Positions 37,830 to 48,750 of a stretch of DNA of 64,000 nt are shown piece by piece; positions within the stretch are counted from its first letter, which is position 1, and the number at the start of each line of letters is the position of its first letter. A model generated the notes under the pieces. The model did no database searches. It worked only from the letters and a program-made list of their open reading frames with translations, and had not been told where the DNA came from. The DNA lies in contig NC_059427.1 of the NCBI RefSeq assembly GCF_021028975.2, positions 73,656,001 to 73,720,000 of the forward strand, in the 5' to 3' direction. The stretch comes from Sphaerodactylus townsendi. Taxonomy: Eukaryota. The position numbers and the translations under genes are program-made.

Positions 37830-38040
37830 AAGGTTGCCAGCTTCTAGGTGGGGCCTAAAGATCTCCCAGAATTACACTTGATCTCCAGATGACAGAGATC
37901 AGTCTCCCTGGAAGAAACAGCCATTTGGAGGGCTGAGCTTTATGGCATTATACCCGGCTGGGGTCCCTTTCCAAACCCCTCCTTCCCCAGGCTGTACCCT
38001 CAGATCTCCAGAAATTTCACAACCAGCTGTTGGCAACTAT
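37830..38040. mobile_element. MITE with ggttgcca / tggcaac termini
   Basis: Short TIRs; related remnants at ~30545-30640 and ~18725. Superfamily not determined. Confidence 0.6.
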
Positions 38041-38384
38041 ATCCCTTCCCCATACTATTTCTTCTTTCCCTCCACTTTCTCCTGGCAACCCTATATAATC
38101 TTTACCCCTCCCTGTTTCCTCATCTCCTTTACACCCCACCTTTCTGCAAATGGACATGATAAAAAACTGCCCATACAGATGCACTGTCTGCTGAGGCCCT
38201 TACCTGAGGAAGTCAGCCCCCCCCCCCCCATCCCACCTCCAGTGGCTGGGGGGACCTGGCAACCCAAGGTTCCCGAATTTCTGTCTTTTTGCACAACTTT
38301 GCACAACAGAATTGTAGAGCAAGAGGAACTCCCTGCCATTGTGTGGATTCTGATTTGGTTGACATGAAGCACTCAGAGCCAATA

Positions 38385-39401
38385 TCTATGTATATAAAAA
38401 GCTAACAGGGTTTTTGTTGATGATAGTATAACTCAGTAACTGCAGGGCCAATTCCTCTGAAAATTCCCAGCCACTATAGTCAGCCAGGTGAGAGTGTTTT
38501 TAGATGTTCACATACCTGAAATTTCACACGTGGCCCAGGTAAAACACCTTTTTCCTGGCGCTCCAGGGTGAAGGACATGCAGCTGCCTGTGTGTAACTGT
38601 CACCCTTAGAATGTTCGTGCTGCTTAGAATGTTCACTCAGATGGCCAGATATGAGCAGTGAAAACAGTACATAGACAATAACTTGAGTGGAAATGAAACA
38701 CATACACACACATACACACGAGGGAGAGGGAAGGGAGGGAGAGGGAGGGGTGGCATGCAAAGGGAAGAGTGGGAGGGAGAGGAAAGGGACGGAGGGGGAG
38801 GCATGCAAGGGAACAGAAGTGAGAGAGGGGAGACAATGAGGGGTGGCATGCAAGGGAGGGGAGGCAGGAGGCCCAGCATCTTGATATGACCCACCCACCC
38901 TAGTGGAGGAAAAGGGAAGGGCAGGAGGGGTGGCATGCAAGGGAAGAGAAGTGAGGGAGGGAAGAGAGCGAGGAGCAACATGCAAGGGATGGGAGGGAGG
39001 GGCCAGGCACCCTAGATTCCCTGAATACTGCAGTTACAGTTAAGAAAACCAGGCACACATTACTCAGGAGTAAGCTCGGTACAGCAACCGTGACATACTT
39101 TGAATGGCTGCATCGCGCCCCTCAGAGGGTTTCCTCAGAAGCGACACCCATTGTCACCAACCACACTTACTCCCAGGTAAAGGATCATGACCAGCAATCC
39201 TAGATGTGTGGGAGGGGTGCCTTTCCATCCCCCCCCCCCGCCCGCAAGGAATGCGGGCACACACATCAATGACATCGCACAGTATCAGGCTGCATGTTTG
39301 CATGAGCATGTACTGCTGGCCTCTACAATTGATTTGCTGCTACTGTTCCTTTCCCATTTCACCACAATAAGCCACAGCAATGCGTGGCCGGGCCCTGCTA
39401 G
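38385..39401 (+). mobile_element. Non-autonomous Helitron
   Basis: 5' TC (a|TCtatgtatataaaaa) and 3' CTAG|t; subterminal hairpin gccac-agcaatgc-gtggc at 39371-39388; inserted in an AT dinucleotide with no TSD. Confidence 0.8.
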
Positions 39402-40216
39402 TTAAAAAAATTAATTCTTGAATTGTATTGAGAGGTACACATTCCTCAACAATTAAAACAGCATTTGCAAAGAGAACATATAGTCAGCTGATATATAATC
39501 AATACCATCAAAATCAAGGCTGACCATAACTTAATAGCCTTAAAATGGTTAGTGATGGTAGCGTTAGCTTCGTTTCTTAAGAAGCAAGCAATAGCAAATA
39601 AATTTATCTGAAGCCCCAGTTTACTACCTTACAAACTAAACAAAGTAACTCTCTTATATGTAGTTACAGTTTATCAGTTTCAGATTCCAAGTTCAAGCAG
39701 AACAGTAAACAATCTCTACTGACATAAATACACGGACGCACAGAGAGAACTTCTAGTCAACCCATACATTGTGAGGTCTTAGTTCAACCATTTTAACTGC
39801 CGCAGATAGAATGTTCACTCTGAAAATTTCTCTCAGCATGCAGTCATCAGGTGCAAATGATTTCAAAGGATCATTGCAATGAGCTACTGTTAGACTTTTC
39901 TCCACATATGCACTTTCCGCTGTGGCCCCACCTTGTGGAACAGCCTACCTGAGAAGGTCAGCCCTCCCATCCTGCCTCCAGCGGCTGGGGGGACTTGGCA
40001 ACACTAAGGTTCCCTAATTTGTCTGTCTTTTTGCACAACTTTGCACAACAGAATTGTTCAAGAGGGCATGTCTATAAAGGAAGTAGGACTATAGTACAAT
40101 GAAATGATTCAGGAAAGTGCTTTTCTAAAAAGCTGCATTGTCTTCTTCTTATGTAATATCATTATCTGTATTGTTTAATATATCATGTCAAATTTTGCTT
40201 TGTTTCAAATTTCTAT

Positions 40217-40788
40217 TGTGAGGCCAGACCCCATGTCTGGTCCTCAGCAGCTGTGTGTTATAAGGAATGCTAAGGAAATAAACCCACAGAAATCAAAGTT
40301 TGAACAGAAAAGATAGCTTTACTGGACAGCACAGGTATCTGACCCGGGAGTCCCCTCCACGAGAGGTACACCCACCCCATACAAAAGAGAAATTTTACTG
40401 TGCTGAATGTGATAGTTCACACACAGGGTAACTCTCTAGAAGAGTCACACTTTACCCAGATAAAGACTTCATTTTTATAGATACAAAGAATACATACGTC
40501 ATAGTTCATACTTGCAAACGTATCCCACATAATCATTCCCCTTTCACATGCTTTCTGCATGAACCTTAAAATCCGATTGGCTTGTCTGCCTATTTCTGTT
40601 ACACAAACTACAGCTGCATGTTTTCTCCTCATGTCCAGTCCCCCTGTCCCTAGGCAAAGGGGCAATAAACTAGATTCTGCCTTTTGTGGTTTATCAAATC
40701 CAGCTAGTTACTAAATTCCTAAGTATTTGTTCCCAGAGAGAAATACCTCTCCAGGGTATACAGATTTTACATACATTCCTTAGAATCA
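40217..40788. mobile_element. Possible solo LTR
   Basis: TG...CA-bounded ~570-bp non-coding segment with LTR-like composition; TSD not found. Confidence 0.35.
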
Positions 40789-40794
40789 TAAAGT

Positions 40795-41737
40795 TCCCTT
40801 TCGCGGTTGAATCCCAACTACTCTATGGGGTCCCCATCTGGATCCAAGCAGTGAACGAAGCTCTGAATGTCCCCCAATCCAAGTTTTTCCACCAAGTTAT
40901 GGGAGTTCCAAACTGTGTCCCTTACGCAGCCCTGTGTCTAGAACTGGGGCAAAACACCCTGGAACATAAAGCTTGGCTTAGAGCCTTCAGATTTTGGCTC
41001 CGCCTTCACTACCTGCCATCCAAACGCTCCCTTGTCTCATTGACACTACAGGACACGCAGGCTAACCCCTGGTTCTCTCTAATCGAGAGAAAGATTATTT
41101 CCATCGGCCTGCCTATTGAATCACTCTACCTAATGTCCTGTTCAGAAGCGTACAATAGGCTCTTACAGAGTTCGGCTTCTTTAGATCTAGAATTCTGGTA
41201 AAAATTTACATCTAGCAGCCAAACGAATCCTGCTCTCCAACACAACTCTTTAATTCCATTTGAGCAGAGACGTATGGCCTACTACCGCCATATTCTTTCT
41301 AATGAACCCATGTGCAAGGGAGAGCCTCTTACCATTGCACTCCATTTCAACGCTATGCCCTCTTTGTCTCCTATTAAAGAGTAGGTTCAGCAATTCTAGG
41401 GAAAAAATCCTGTGGGTACTATGCAGTTGCAAACTTAATATGGTTGAAACTCCTGACTCACCAACTCTTGCACTGCACCAGATTTGATAACAAACAGATC
41501 TAAATATACCAACTTACATTTTTTTTCTTCCCAATCTGGGCTGCCTGATTTCGACTATTAGGGTTATCTCTATTGTTAAACAACTCTGACCCTGGTCTCT
41601 TGTGAAGAGGCTCACCAATTTCATTGTGGAGATAGTTGAGAGTTCTCAGTAGAACGTACTTGTTGTGCTCCCCGTGGGGCCTTTTTATCTATCATGTATT
41701 CATGCATTTGCTCCTGATTTATGTATTTGTTTCTGAC
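40795..41737 (+). mobile_element. LINE ORF2 C-terminal part (RTE-X-like), running into an assembly gap
   Basis: SQLLYGVPIW..QSKFF..MGVPNCVPYAALCLELGQ.TLE.KAWL..FWLRL, then a C-terminal C/H motif region. Confidence 0.75.
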
Positions 41738-42502
41738 NNNNNNNNNNNNNNNNNNNNNNNNNNNNNNNNNNNNNNNNNNNNNNNNNNNNNNNNNNNNNNN
41801 NNNNNNNNNNNNNNNNNNNNNNNNNNNNNNNNNNNNNNNNNNNNNNNNNNNNNNNNNNNNNNNNNNNNNNNNNNNNTTTACAATGATTTCACTTTAAAAG
41901 TTAAAACATTATTTTAACAACTATACAAACATTGATTCTACTAGAATTATAGTGGAATACCAGTAATATAAATCTCTCATTGTCATTTCAGTGTTCATTT
42001 AACATGTATAGAAAAACACATTTTCCCATTTACTAATCAAATTCCTTTGTAGTCTAACCTCTACTCTCTTTATTGCCCATATAGCTAGTTCTAACAATGT
42101 ATGTATAAAATGTATGTCTTCTATCTCTGGCCCTTAGTGACAAGATCTTCAAGATATTATCTTTTTGCTTGCCTGCATGACTAGCCACGTGCAGTTTGAC
42201 CTGCTGGCCTCTATACACAGAAATCCCATTTTGATTTTTTTTTAACAAATCCTTGGTTCATACAAACTCCATATTCGTTGATATCAATTTTTAGACAATT
42301 GGCCCATTACCACACTATCATCATACTTTGTTCATTACATATAACATCACGTTGATTGCATTGACTTGAAATGTGTAATCCGCCTTGAGAAAGTTGGATT
42401 ATGATTACATGAATATATAAAATTGAAATCCTCTTTGCTACACTCACAATATTGGGTTGACACATATTACTCTGAAGTCCTCTCTCTCAGCTCCACCTAC
42501 AG

Positions 42503-42828
42503 CAAAGGTCCCCAACCTTTTCTGTTTCCTGTCAAGTGTTTTTTAAAAGTGGGTGGGGTCAAGTGGGGCTTTTGTCCAGCAAGGCTTCTGATTGGCCCTT
42601 GGATATTTGATCAGCTGTGCAGATTATTAAAACCATTGTTTTGGCAGCAGCTGCCACCACAGCACAAGGATTTTCACTATGTAACAGAAAGTAAGCTGTC
42701 ACAAACATTTTATGGCTGGTTCCACTTTCTGTGACAGCTAAGTTGTGTCAGCCATTTTGTGGTTATGCCCACCCTACTGTATCAGAATTCCAGAAGTGCC
42801 CACAAGCTCACAAAATTTGGGGCCCCTG
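42503..42828. mobile_element. Old hAT-type MITE
   Basis: Termini caaaggtccccaacc / ttggggcccctg; degenerate 8-bp TSD acctacag / gcctacaa. Confidence 0.6.
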
Positions 42829-42924
42829 GCCTACAATGTCCCTATCATACAAATAAATAAATATCTAGTAAATGATAGCTGGATAGATTCAGAAATCATG
42901 TACATTCAATATCATGAACTAATG

Positions 42925-43392
42925 GGTGGATTCCGCACGGGCCCCTACAGCAGTGTCCCACTGGCATATATAATGCCAGTGGAGCACCGGGGCCATTTGC
43001 ATGCTGAGGTGTGAGCGGCCCCAGAGTAGCCACGGCCTGCAGGGGAGCCTCCACCTGGAGGTGCCTCCATTTTTTTCTGTATACTTACCGTCTCTCCCTG
43101 GGGAGCTCTGCAGGAACAGGGAGGCATGCCCATGGTAAGTGTGGGGGGAAATGGAGGTGCCGAAAAGAGGTGCCTCCAACCCGGTGCCATTCCCACAGCG
43201 CCTGCAGGGAAATGCTGTTTCCCAAAAGTCTCATTCATTGAGCAAGGCAGTGGAAATGAAGCTGCTTCCACCTCTGGTGTGTGGGAGCACAGCGCTGTTT
43301 CGCTAGGGAGGTGAAAGTAGTTATAACAGCACCCCTGGAACAGTGTTTTTACCATTCCAGGGGTGCTGTTTTTGGCCCATGCGGACTCTGCC
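42925..43392. mobile_element. MITE, PIF/Harbinger-like
   Basis: TIRs ggtggattccgcacgggcc / ggcccatgcggactctgcc; TSD not resolved. Confidence 0.6.
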
Positions 43393-43697
43393 AGAGAGAA
43401 GTACATAAAAAGTTGAGGTGGATCTGTTCACAAACCTAAAGTGATTTAGCAGTCATGCCTTAAACCAGGGATGTATAGTTCTGTGGGAGGAGGTAGAGAC
43501 CTCAAAGCATTCTCAATACCCTCACTAAAAACAACAAACCCAGGATCTCTTGGGAGAAGCTCTGCTAGATGAACTGACATAAAACTCGTGTGGACTTCTT
43601 CCTGTCTTAAATCTACTATTCTTCTCACTTTTCACACTGATATAGCACATCCATAGCTGCAGCCAGAGAGTTGAAAAAGATGTTCAACCGGATTCAA

Positions 43698-43782
43698 CTG
43701 GTTGTTGTGGGCTTTCTGGGCTGTGGGCCATTGTCTGGTACCAGACCATGGCCACACAGCCTGGAAAACCCTCAACAACCAG
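43698..43782. mobile_element. Inverted pair of Penelope pLTR ends (85-bp palindrome)
   Basis: Right arm ccatggccacacagcctggaaaaccctcaacaaccag resembles the PLE end at 11195-11232. The left arm is its reverse complement, centred on ggtacc. Confidence 0.75.
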
Positions 43783-45006
43783 CAAAGTATGTTTCTTTGT
43801 TAGAAGCCATGCTCTTTTAAACACACGATGTGACCACACGAGGTAGTCACTATGTAACTAAGTATAGTACTAGAATAGAAAAGTGTTCTTATTTTCTTTC
43901 CATGCAACCCTCCCTAAATAGTTAGTAAACTCATTTATATAACCAGCAACTATGTATCGGTCTTCTTTTCTGCTACTCTGCTAAATTTATACAACAGGAA
44001 TCTATTTCAGGTGGCATACAAATCAGTGTGTTACCAGAAGATATGTGTATGGAAAGAATCTTGACTTGGGGAGGTGAAATTGGGCAGAAAGTTTTAGAGC
44101 TCTAAAATGTTGCCATAGAAGAAGGGGAAAGCAACTAAAGATCCAAGAGTCTCATGAGTCCTCTTTAGATGTGTCTGAACCCCTAAGCAAAAGATTTGTA
44201 TTATAAGAAAACATTTCTTAGAACATGATTGTGTATATTCTCCCACAGGATATTCTACAGGAGCCAAAAGATGTGCAACTCACGTACCTATTATTGTGAA
44301 AAGTATAAATTATATGATTTTGGTAGATATTGTATATGTGCATAAAACTTAACAATATAGAATTATAGATGGTTTGACAGTGAAACAAGTGACTGAGGGA
44401 AAGTGTGGAATATTATTATCTGATCATTGTTCATGCAGTGGAGGAGAGACATTTGTAATGTGAATGGACATCCTGGCTGATGTAGTTTTTACACTTACAT
44501 TATAAATCCAGTTGAATCTAGAACCATTCTCAGCCTTAGGCTGCAAGATACTCTTGGCACTGCCATTCTCCAAAGTAACAGTGGGATAAAAGAGTTCTTG
44601 AACTTACCAGTGCCATATGAAGGCAAGTGATGGATAGCCATGCCATGGAATTCCATCTTTTTCAATCTATACATATAAGTGTCTCTTTGGTTTCCATCCC
44701 ACAGAGGAAAGCCATCTTGGTTAGCCCTTTTTTCCTACACACCCTGGCCTCTTATCTTCCACCCACCCAGCAGAAAAGAACACTGGCTAAATCCTCTGAT
44801 TTTGATGGTGTGAATTAGCAACTGGAGAATGATTCATGTGTGAGTCACAGCACCAAGCACAGGTGGCATCAGGGAAATTATAGGGCACCCACCCGGCAGT
44901 AGCCTCTTTCAAATGCTAGGATACAGCAGCTAATTTGTTCTCTTTATATTCTGAGAGGGGAGGGTTCTTTCCCATGTTTTCCCCACCCAAAGATATGGTA
45001 CAATTA

Positions 45007-45007
<1 letters not shown>

Positions 45008-45071
<64 letters not shown>
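45008..45071. repeat. Compound (CA)n(GA)n microsatellite
   Basis: Direct reading. Confidence 0.95.
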
Positions 45072-45204
45072 TCAAACAGCCATGATGTTAGAGGTCTGCC
45101 TGTGTTCTAAGATAACTCAGATTCTACTCAATTACATTGTGTCCTGATACAGTTCACCTTGGGCAAATGAAACAACAGGCTTACTGGATTCCGTGTGTAT
45201 GTAT

Positions 45205-45410
45205 AAAGTGCTGTCAAGTTGCAGCCAACTTATGGCGACCGTGTAGTAGGGTTTTTAAGGCAGGAGATGTTCAGAGGTGGTTTCCCATTGCCTGCCTCCT
45301 GATGTTCTTTGGAGATTTGCCAGGGTTGAGGCTGAGAGTGTGACTGGCACAAAGTCAAATGGGTGTCCCAGATCCAAGCCCAACACTTTGATCACTACAC
45401 TATGCTGGCT
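45205..45410 (-). mobile_element. tRNA-headed SINE with Sauria tail
   Basis: Minus strand agccagcatagtgtagtgatc head..gaggcaggcaatgggaaaccacctctg..ggtcgccataagttgg. Confidence 0.7.
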
Positions 45411-46227
45411 CGCTGATTCTACGTGTCTCAAATGGATTTCCATGTAGTGATTTGTTGTGACTTGCAATTTTGTAGTGATCTTAAGGACAACAAGATCAGG
45501 CTCAGAAAGGAAGCAAAAGAGGATATAGCAACAAGGCCCTGAACATCTGATAATTACAAAACTTACAGTGTTTCACCTGGTTGGTCCCTCAGAGGGGAGG
45601 TTGAGCATTCCTATCTGGTCTCATACTAAATGTGAATAGTTGTTTCTTATCAAACCTAAACATTTTACTGTTGTTGGAGCTTATAGTGCATAATTCATAA
45701 TTTAGCATATAAATTTATACTCACTGGCATATTCATGAAAGTTAAAAGTAAAAATACTTTAGTTACGTTCAAACAAAATCTTAAATATACCCAATACCAA
45801 AGACAGACAGCTCCAAACTACTGAGTCTTGTGCTATTCAAATATCTATCTCTAGTAGATGATTGATGCACTTGAGGTCTCTTTTGCATTGAGTATTCAGT
45901 CTCTGTGGCTTTCATTCTTGGTTGTAGACCAATCCTGGAACTCGCTATGCTCTCAGATCAGAGAATCCCAATGGTTTCTGAAAGCTCAAAAAGTGCAACT
46001 TTTTCTCTCCCTTTGCAGGAAAAGCAAAGGAGATCACTTTGTGTTAAGCTTTCTTTGGGTTTCTTTGCTCCTCCCTGCCCGCACAACAGCTCCCACTTTT
46101 AGGGCCACCACTTCAAAATGATCAGGAGGACTTTAAAAAAATAATTTAATTTTGAAGTTCTATTGCTCAGCTCTAGACCATTGAAATTTACATGAAATTT
46201 GCATGGTTTAGCGAAATAACACTAGAC

Positions 46228-46230
<3 letters not shown>

Positions 46231-46290
<60 letters not shown>

Positions 46291-46307
46291 ACACACACAC
46301 ACACACA
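46231..46307. repeat. Compound (GA)n(CA)n microsatellite
   Basis: Direct reading. Confidence 0.95.
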
Positions 46308-47163
46308 AAAGCAGCAGGCAACCTCCCCAAATGGAAGCTGCATGGAAAGTGCAAGAAAGCAGCAGGCAGGCAAAATGATGGACTGGCTCAGCTAGGGACA
46401 TTTCATAGGGAGAGTATCCCTGTGTAAACAAAAACAAAAACACAGTAAAAACCCACCGTGAAGCAAAACCGCCACAGGGCAATTAGTGCATGCTTCCAAA
46501 TGACCTTCATTTTTGCTCTCCGAGGCTTTCTCTGTAAGGTATTGCTACTCACAACAATAGGTCTTCTCCAGTTTCTGCAGTGTCAGATCTACATTTTTGA
46601 AGGAGAGCAAAAATACAAAATGACCCCCCCCCCCCCCCCCGCCCCTGCCGCCACCTGCAGATCTATAGAGGGAAAGTCTGCATCTCTGCCTCTGATAGCT
46701 GTATGACAATCTGAGCGGTTGATGCAAATCAGTAAAATGTTGCTGATTTCACTGCTGGCTATAGTAGAGGTCCAAACAGGCATTTGAAAATCAGTTCTAT
46801 AAATACTGATGTAAGAGATAGGGCCACTTAATCTCTGTAGCTTCCCACTCCTACCTTGCAGTTTAAAAGAAACTAAGAAAAACCGAATGGTGGTGGTTGT
46901 TTAACCTGAAGAGCACAATACTGTAGATTTGCACATGCCTATGTGTGCACACTTAAAAATAATGAAAACACAGAATGAAGATCTTCTTAGATGCAGTCCA
47001 CCCTGTTCTCCTGTAAGGGGTTGGAGAGAGAATCACAGGCAGGGCATTTTTCAGTATCTTTCCGCAGGCATGCCTGGCACTTGCCTTAATGGGCTTTTAC
47101 ACAAGGCCGACATATTTGTTTTTAAATCAAGCCTTTAAATGAAGAATTCCACCTTTTAAAACT

Positions 47164-47164
<1 letters not shown>

Positions 47165-47211
<47 letters not shown>
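47165..47211. repeat. (CT)n microsatellite
   Basis: Direct reading. Confidence 0.95.
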
Positions 47212-47214
<3 letters not shown>

Positions 47215-47299
47215 GTCTAATTTATGAATAACATTTCAAACTGCTGGATTTTGTTTTATGCAAGGTTGTTTTACAATTGACAATTCTTGAGTCATTTTA

Positions 47300-47590
47300 T
47301 TATTTTATTGCATTGTGGACACTCTTTTGCTGGCAGCTGTTATCACATATCTAAAAAATTCTTCCAAAATGTTTGGATTTTTTTTTCCAAAATGCCCAAT
47401 AGCATATTTTTAGTTTCCATAAAAATTTTAATGTTTAGAATTTTCTGGATTTCAGCATGTATTTCTTTCCCTTTTTTGTCTTTTCGCACGTTTGCCACAT
47501 ATGATAAAGAATGCTGTCTACCTCTTTACATTTCCAGCATATCCCATCATAGTCCTTGTTCATCTTCTCAATATCCTTTGGAATAATATA
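47300..47590 (-). mobile_element. L1 ORF2 C-terminal (cysteine-rich) fragment
   Basis: YIIPKDIEKMNK....CWKCKEVDSILYHMWQTC, a CCHC knuckle typical of squamate L1. Confidence 0.8.
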
Positions 47591-47772
47591 CACCCGAAAA
47601 AACATCTTGCACCAGTTTTCTCTTAGTGGTCCTTTCCACACAACCATAATAAGACATCTTGGGGATGTTTGAAGAGAAAAGTGTTTGCTCTTTTTTTGTC
47701 TGGATAGCACGGACGAATAATGCATTTTAGGAGATAGCAGGTTTTTTCTCCCACACATAATTTTCTGCCACC

Positions 47773-48113
47773 CGCCATTTGCTGAAGTTCCCCAGGGACG
47801 TTTCCTTAGCTGGCATCTCGGCTGCTTGCCTTTTCAGAAATTAAAGTACATGAATCAACTCAGTTTTTCCTGCCAATTATGACTGTGTGTCATTGATCTG
47901 TTTTAAAATGTTAAAGTGAGGTCTCTTCAAAGCTATGAAAACTCAAGTTTTCATAGCTTCGAAGAGACCTCACTGAAAAAATTTAAAATGGACCAATGAC
48001 ATGTTGCTGTAATCGGCAGGAAAAGCTGAGTTGATTCATATACTTTATTGAAAAGGCGAGCAGGCATGATGCCAACTGAGAAAAACGTTCTTGGGGAACT
48101 TCAGCAAATGGCG
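47773..48113. repeat. ~340-bp imperfect palindrome (probable fold-back DNA element)
   Basis: Core 28-bp arms at 47915-47942 / 47947-47974 with 1 mismatch; outer arms cgccatttgctgaagttcccca / tggggaacttcagcaaatggcg. Confidence 0.85.
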
Positions 48114-48479
48114 ATCAGCAGGAAAAATCACACTGAAGCCTCAGAAAATGTTGGGCAGGAGAAAATGAAAGTAAGAGCTCTCAGGAAGGAAAAATAAAAT
48201 GTTTCCTTTCTCCATACAGGCAAGGGAAAATGAGGTGTCTTGGGTGGGGGGGAAGTAGCTGGTTTAGCATTTTCGGAATAAGCTGTTTTGACCAAAAGAA
48301 AACTATGAGGAATTCCACCCCAAAACATTTTTTTCATTCTGGAAATGTTTTATTTGTGCTGTATGGAATTGGTCAGTGTTTGACTGGTTGTACATTTTGT
48401 ATCTTTCATCCATAAGGTTTCCCATTGTTGGAAAAACATTTCTTCCTCAAAATTTTGCATCCATCTAACCACACATACT

Positions 48480-48640
48480 TTGTTTCGGTATCAAACTAAT
48501 TTTTTCTGAGTGCCGAGAAGGGGTTACTAAAGCAACCTCCCTGCCCAATAGGGACTGGAGGTGCATGTGTGCGGCGGCGCCACTGTTTGAATCCCACCAC
48601 CATTGGAACCTGTTATTAAATTTTTTTGATCCCACCACTG
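48480..48640. mobile_element. One end of a hAT element
   Basis: Ends gaacctgttattaaatttttttgatcccaccactg, the same TIR type as at 34645-34679. Confidence 0.65.
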
Positions 48641-48750
48641 CTTCTATCATACTGGGACCCAACAGGTAAGTTAATGGTTCTTTTTAAAATTTTATTTCCA
48701 TATTTTTCTCTATTTCAATATATGTATTGATGACCAGTATTTTTTGATTC

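Noticed and set aside
38720-39000. CRISPR-like repeat-spacer pattern (catgcaaggga repeats)
   Set aside because: Eukaryotic context, low-complexity related spacers and no cas genes; it is a minisatellite inside a Helitron.
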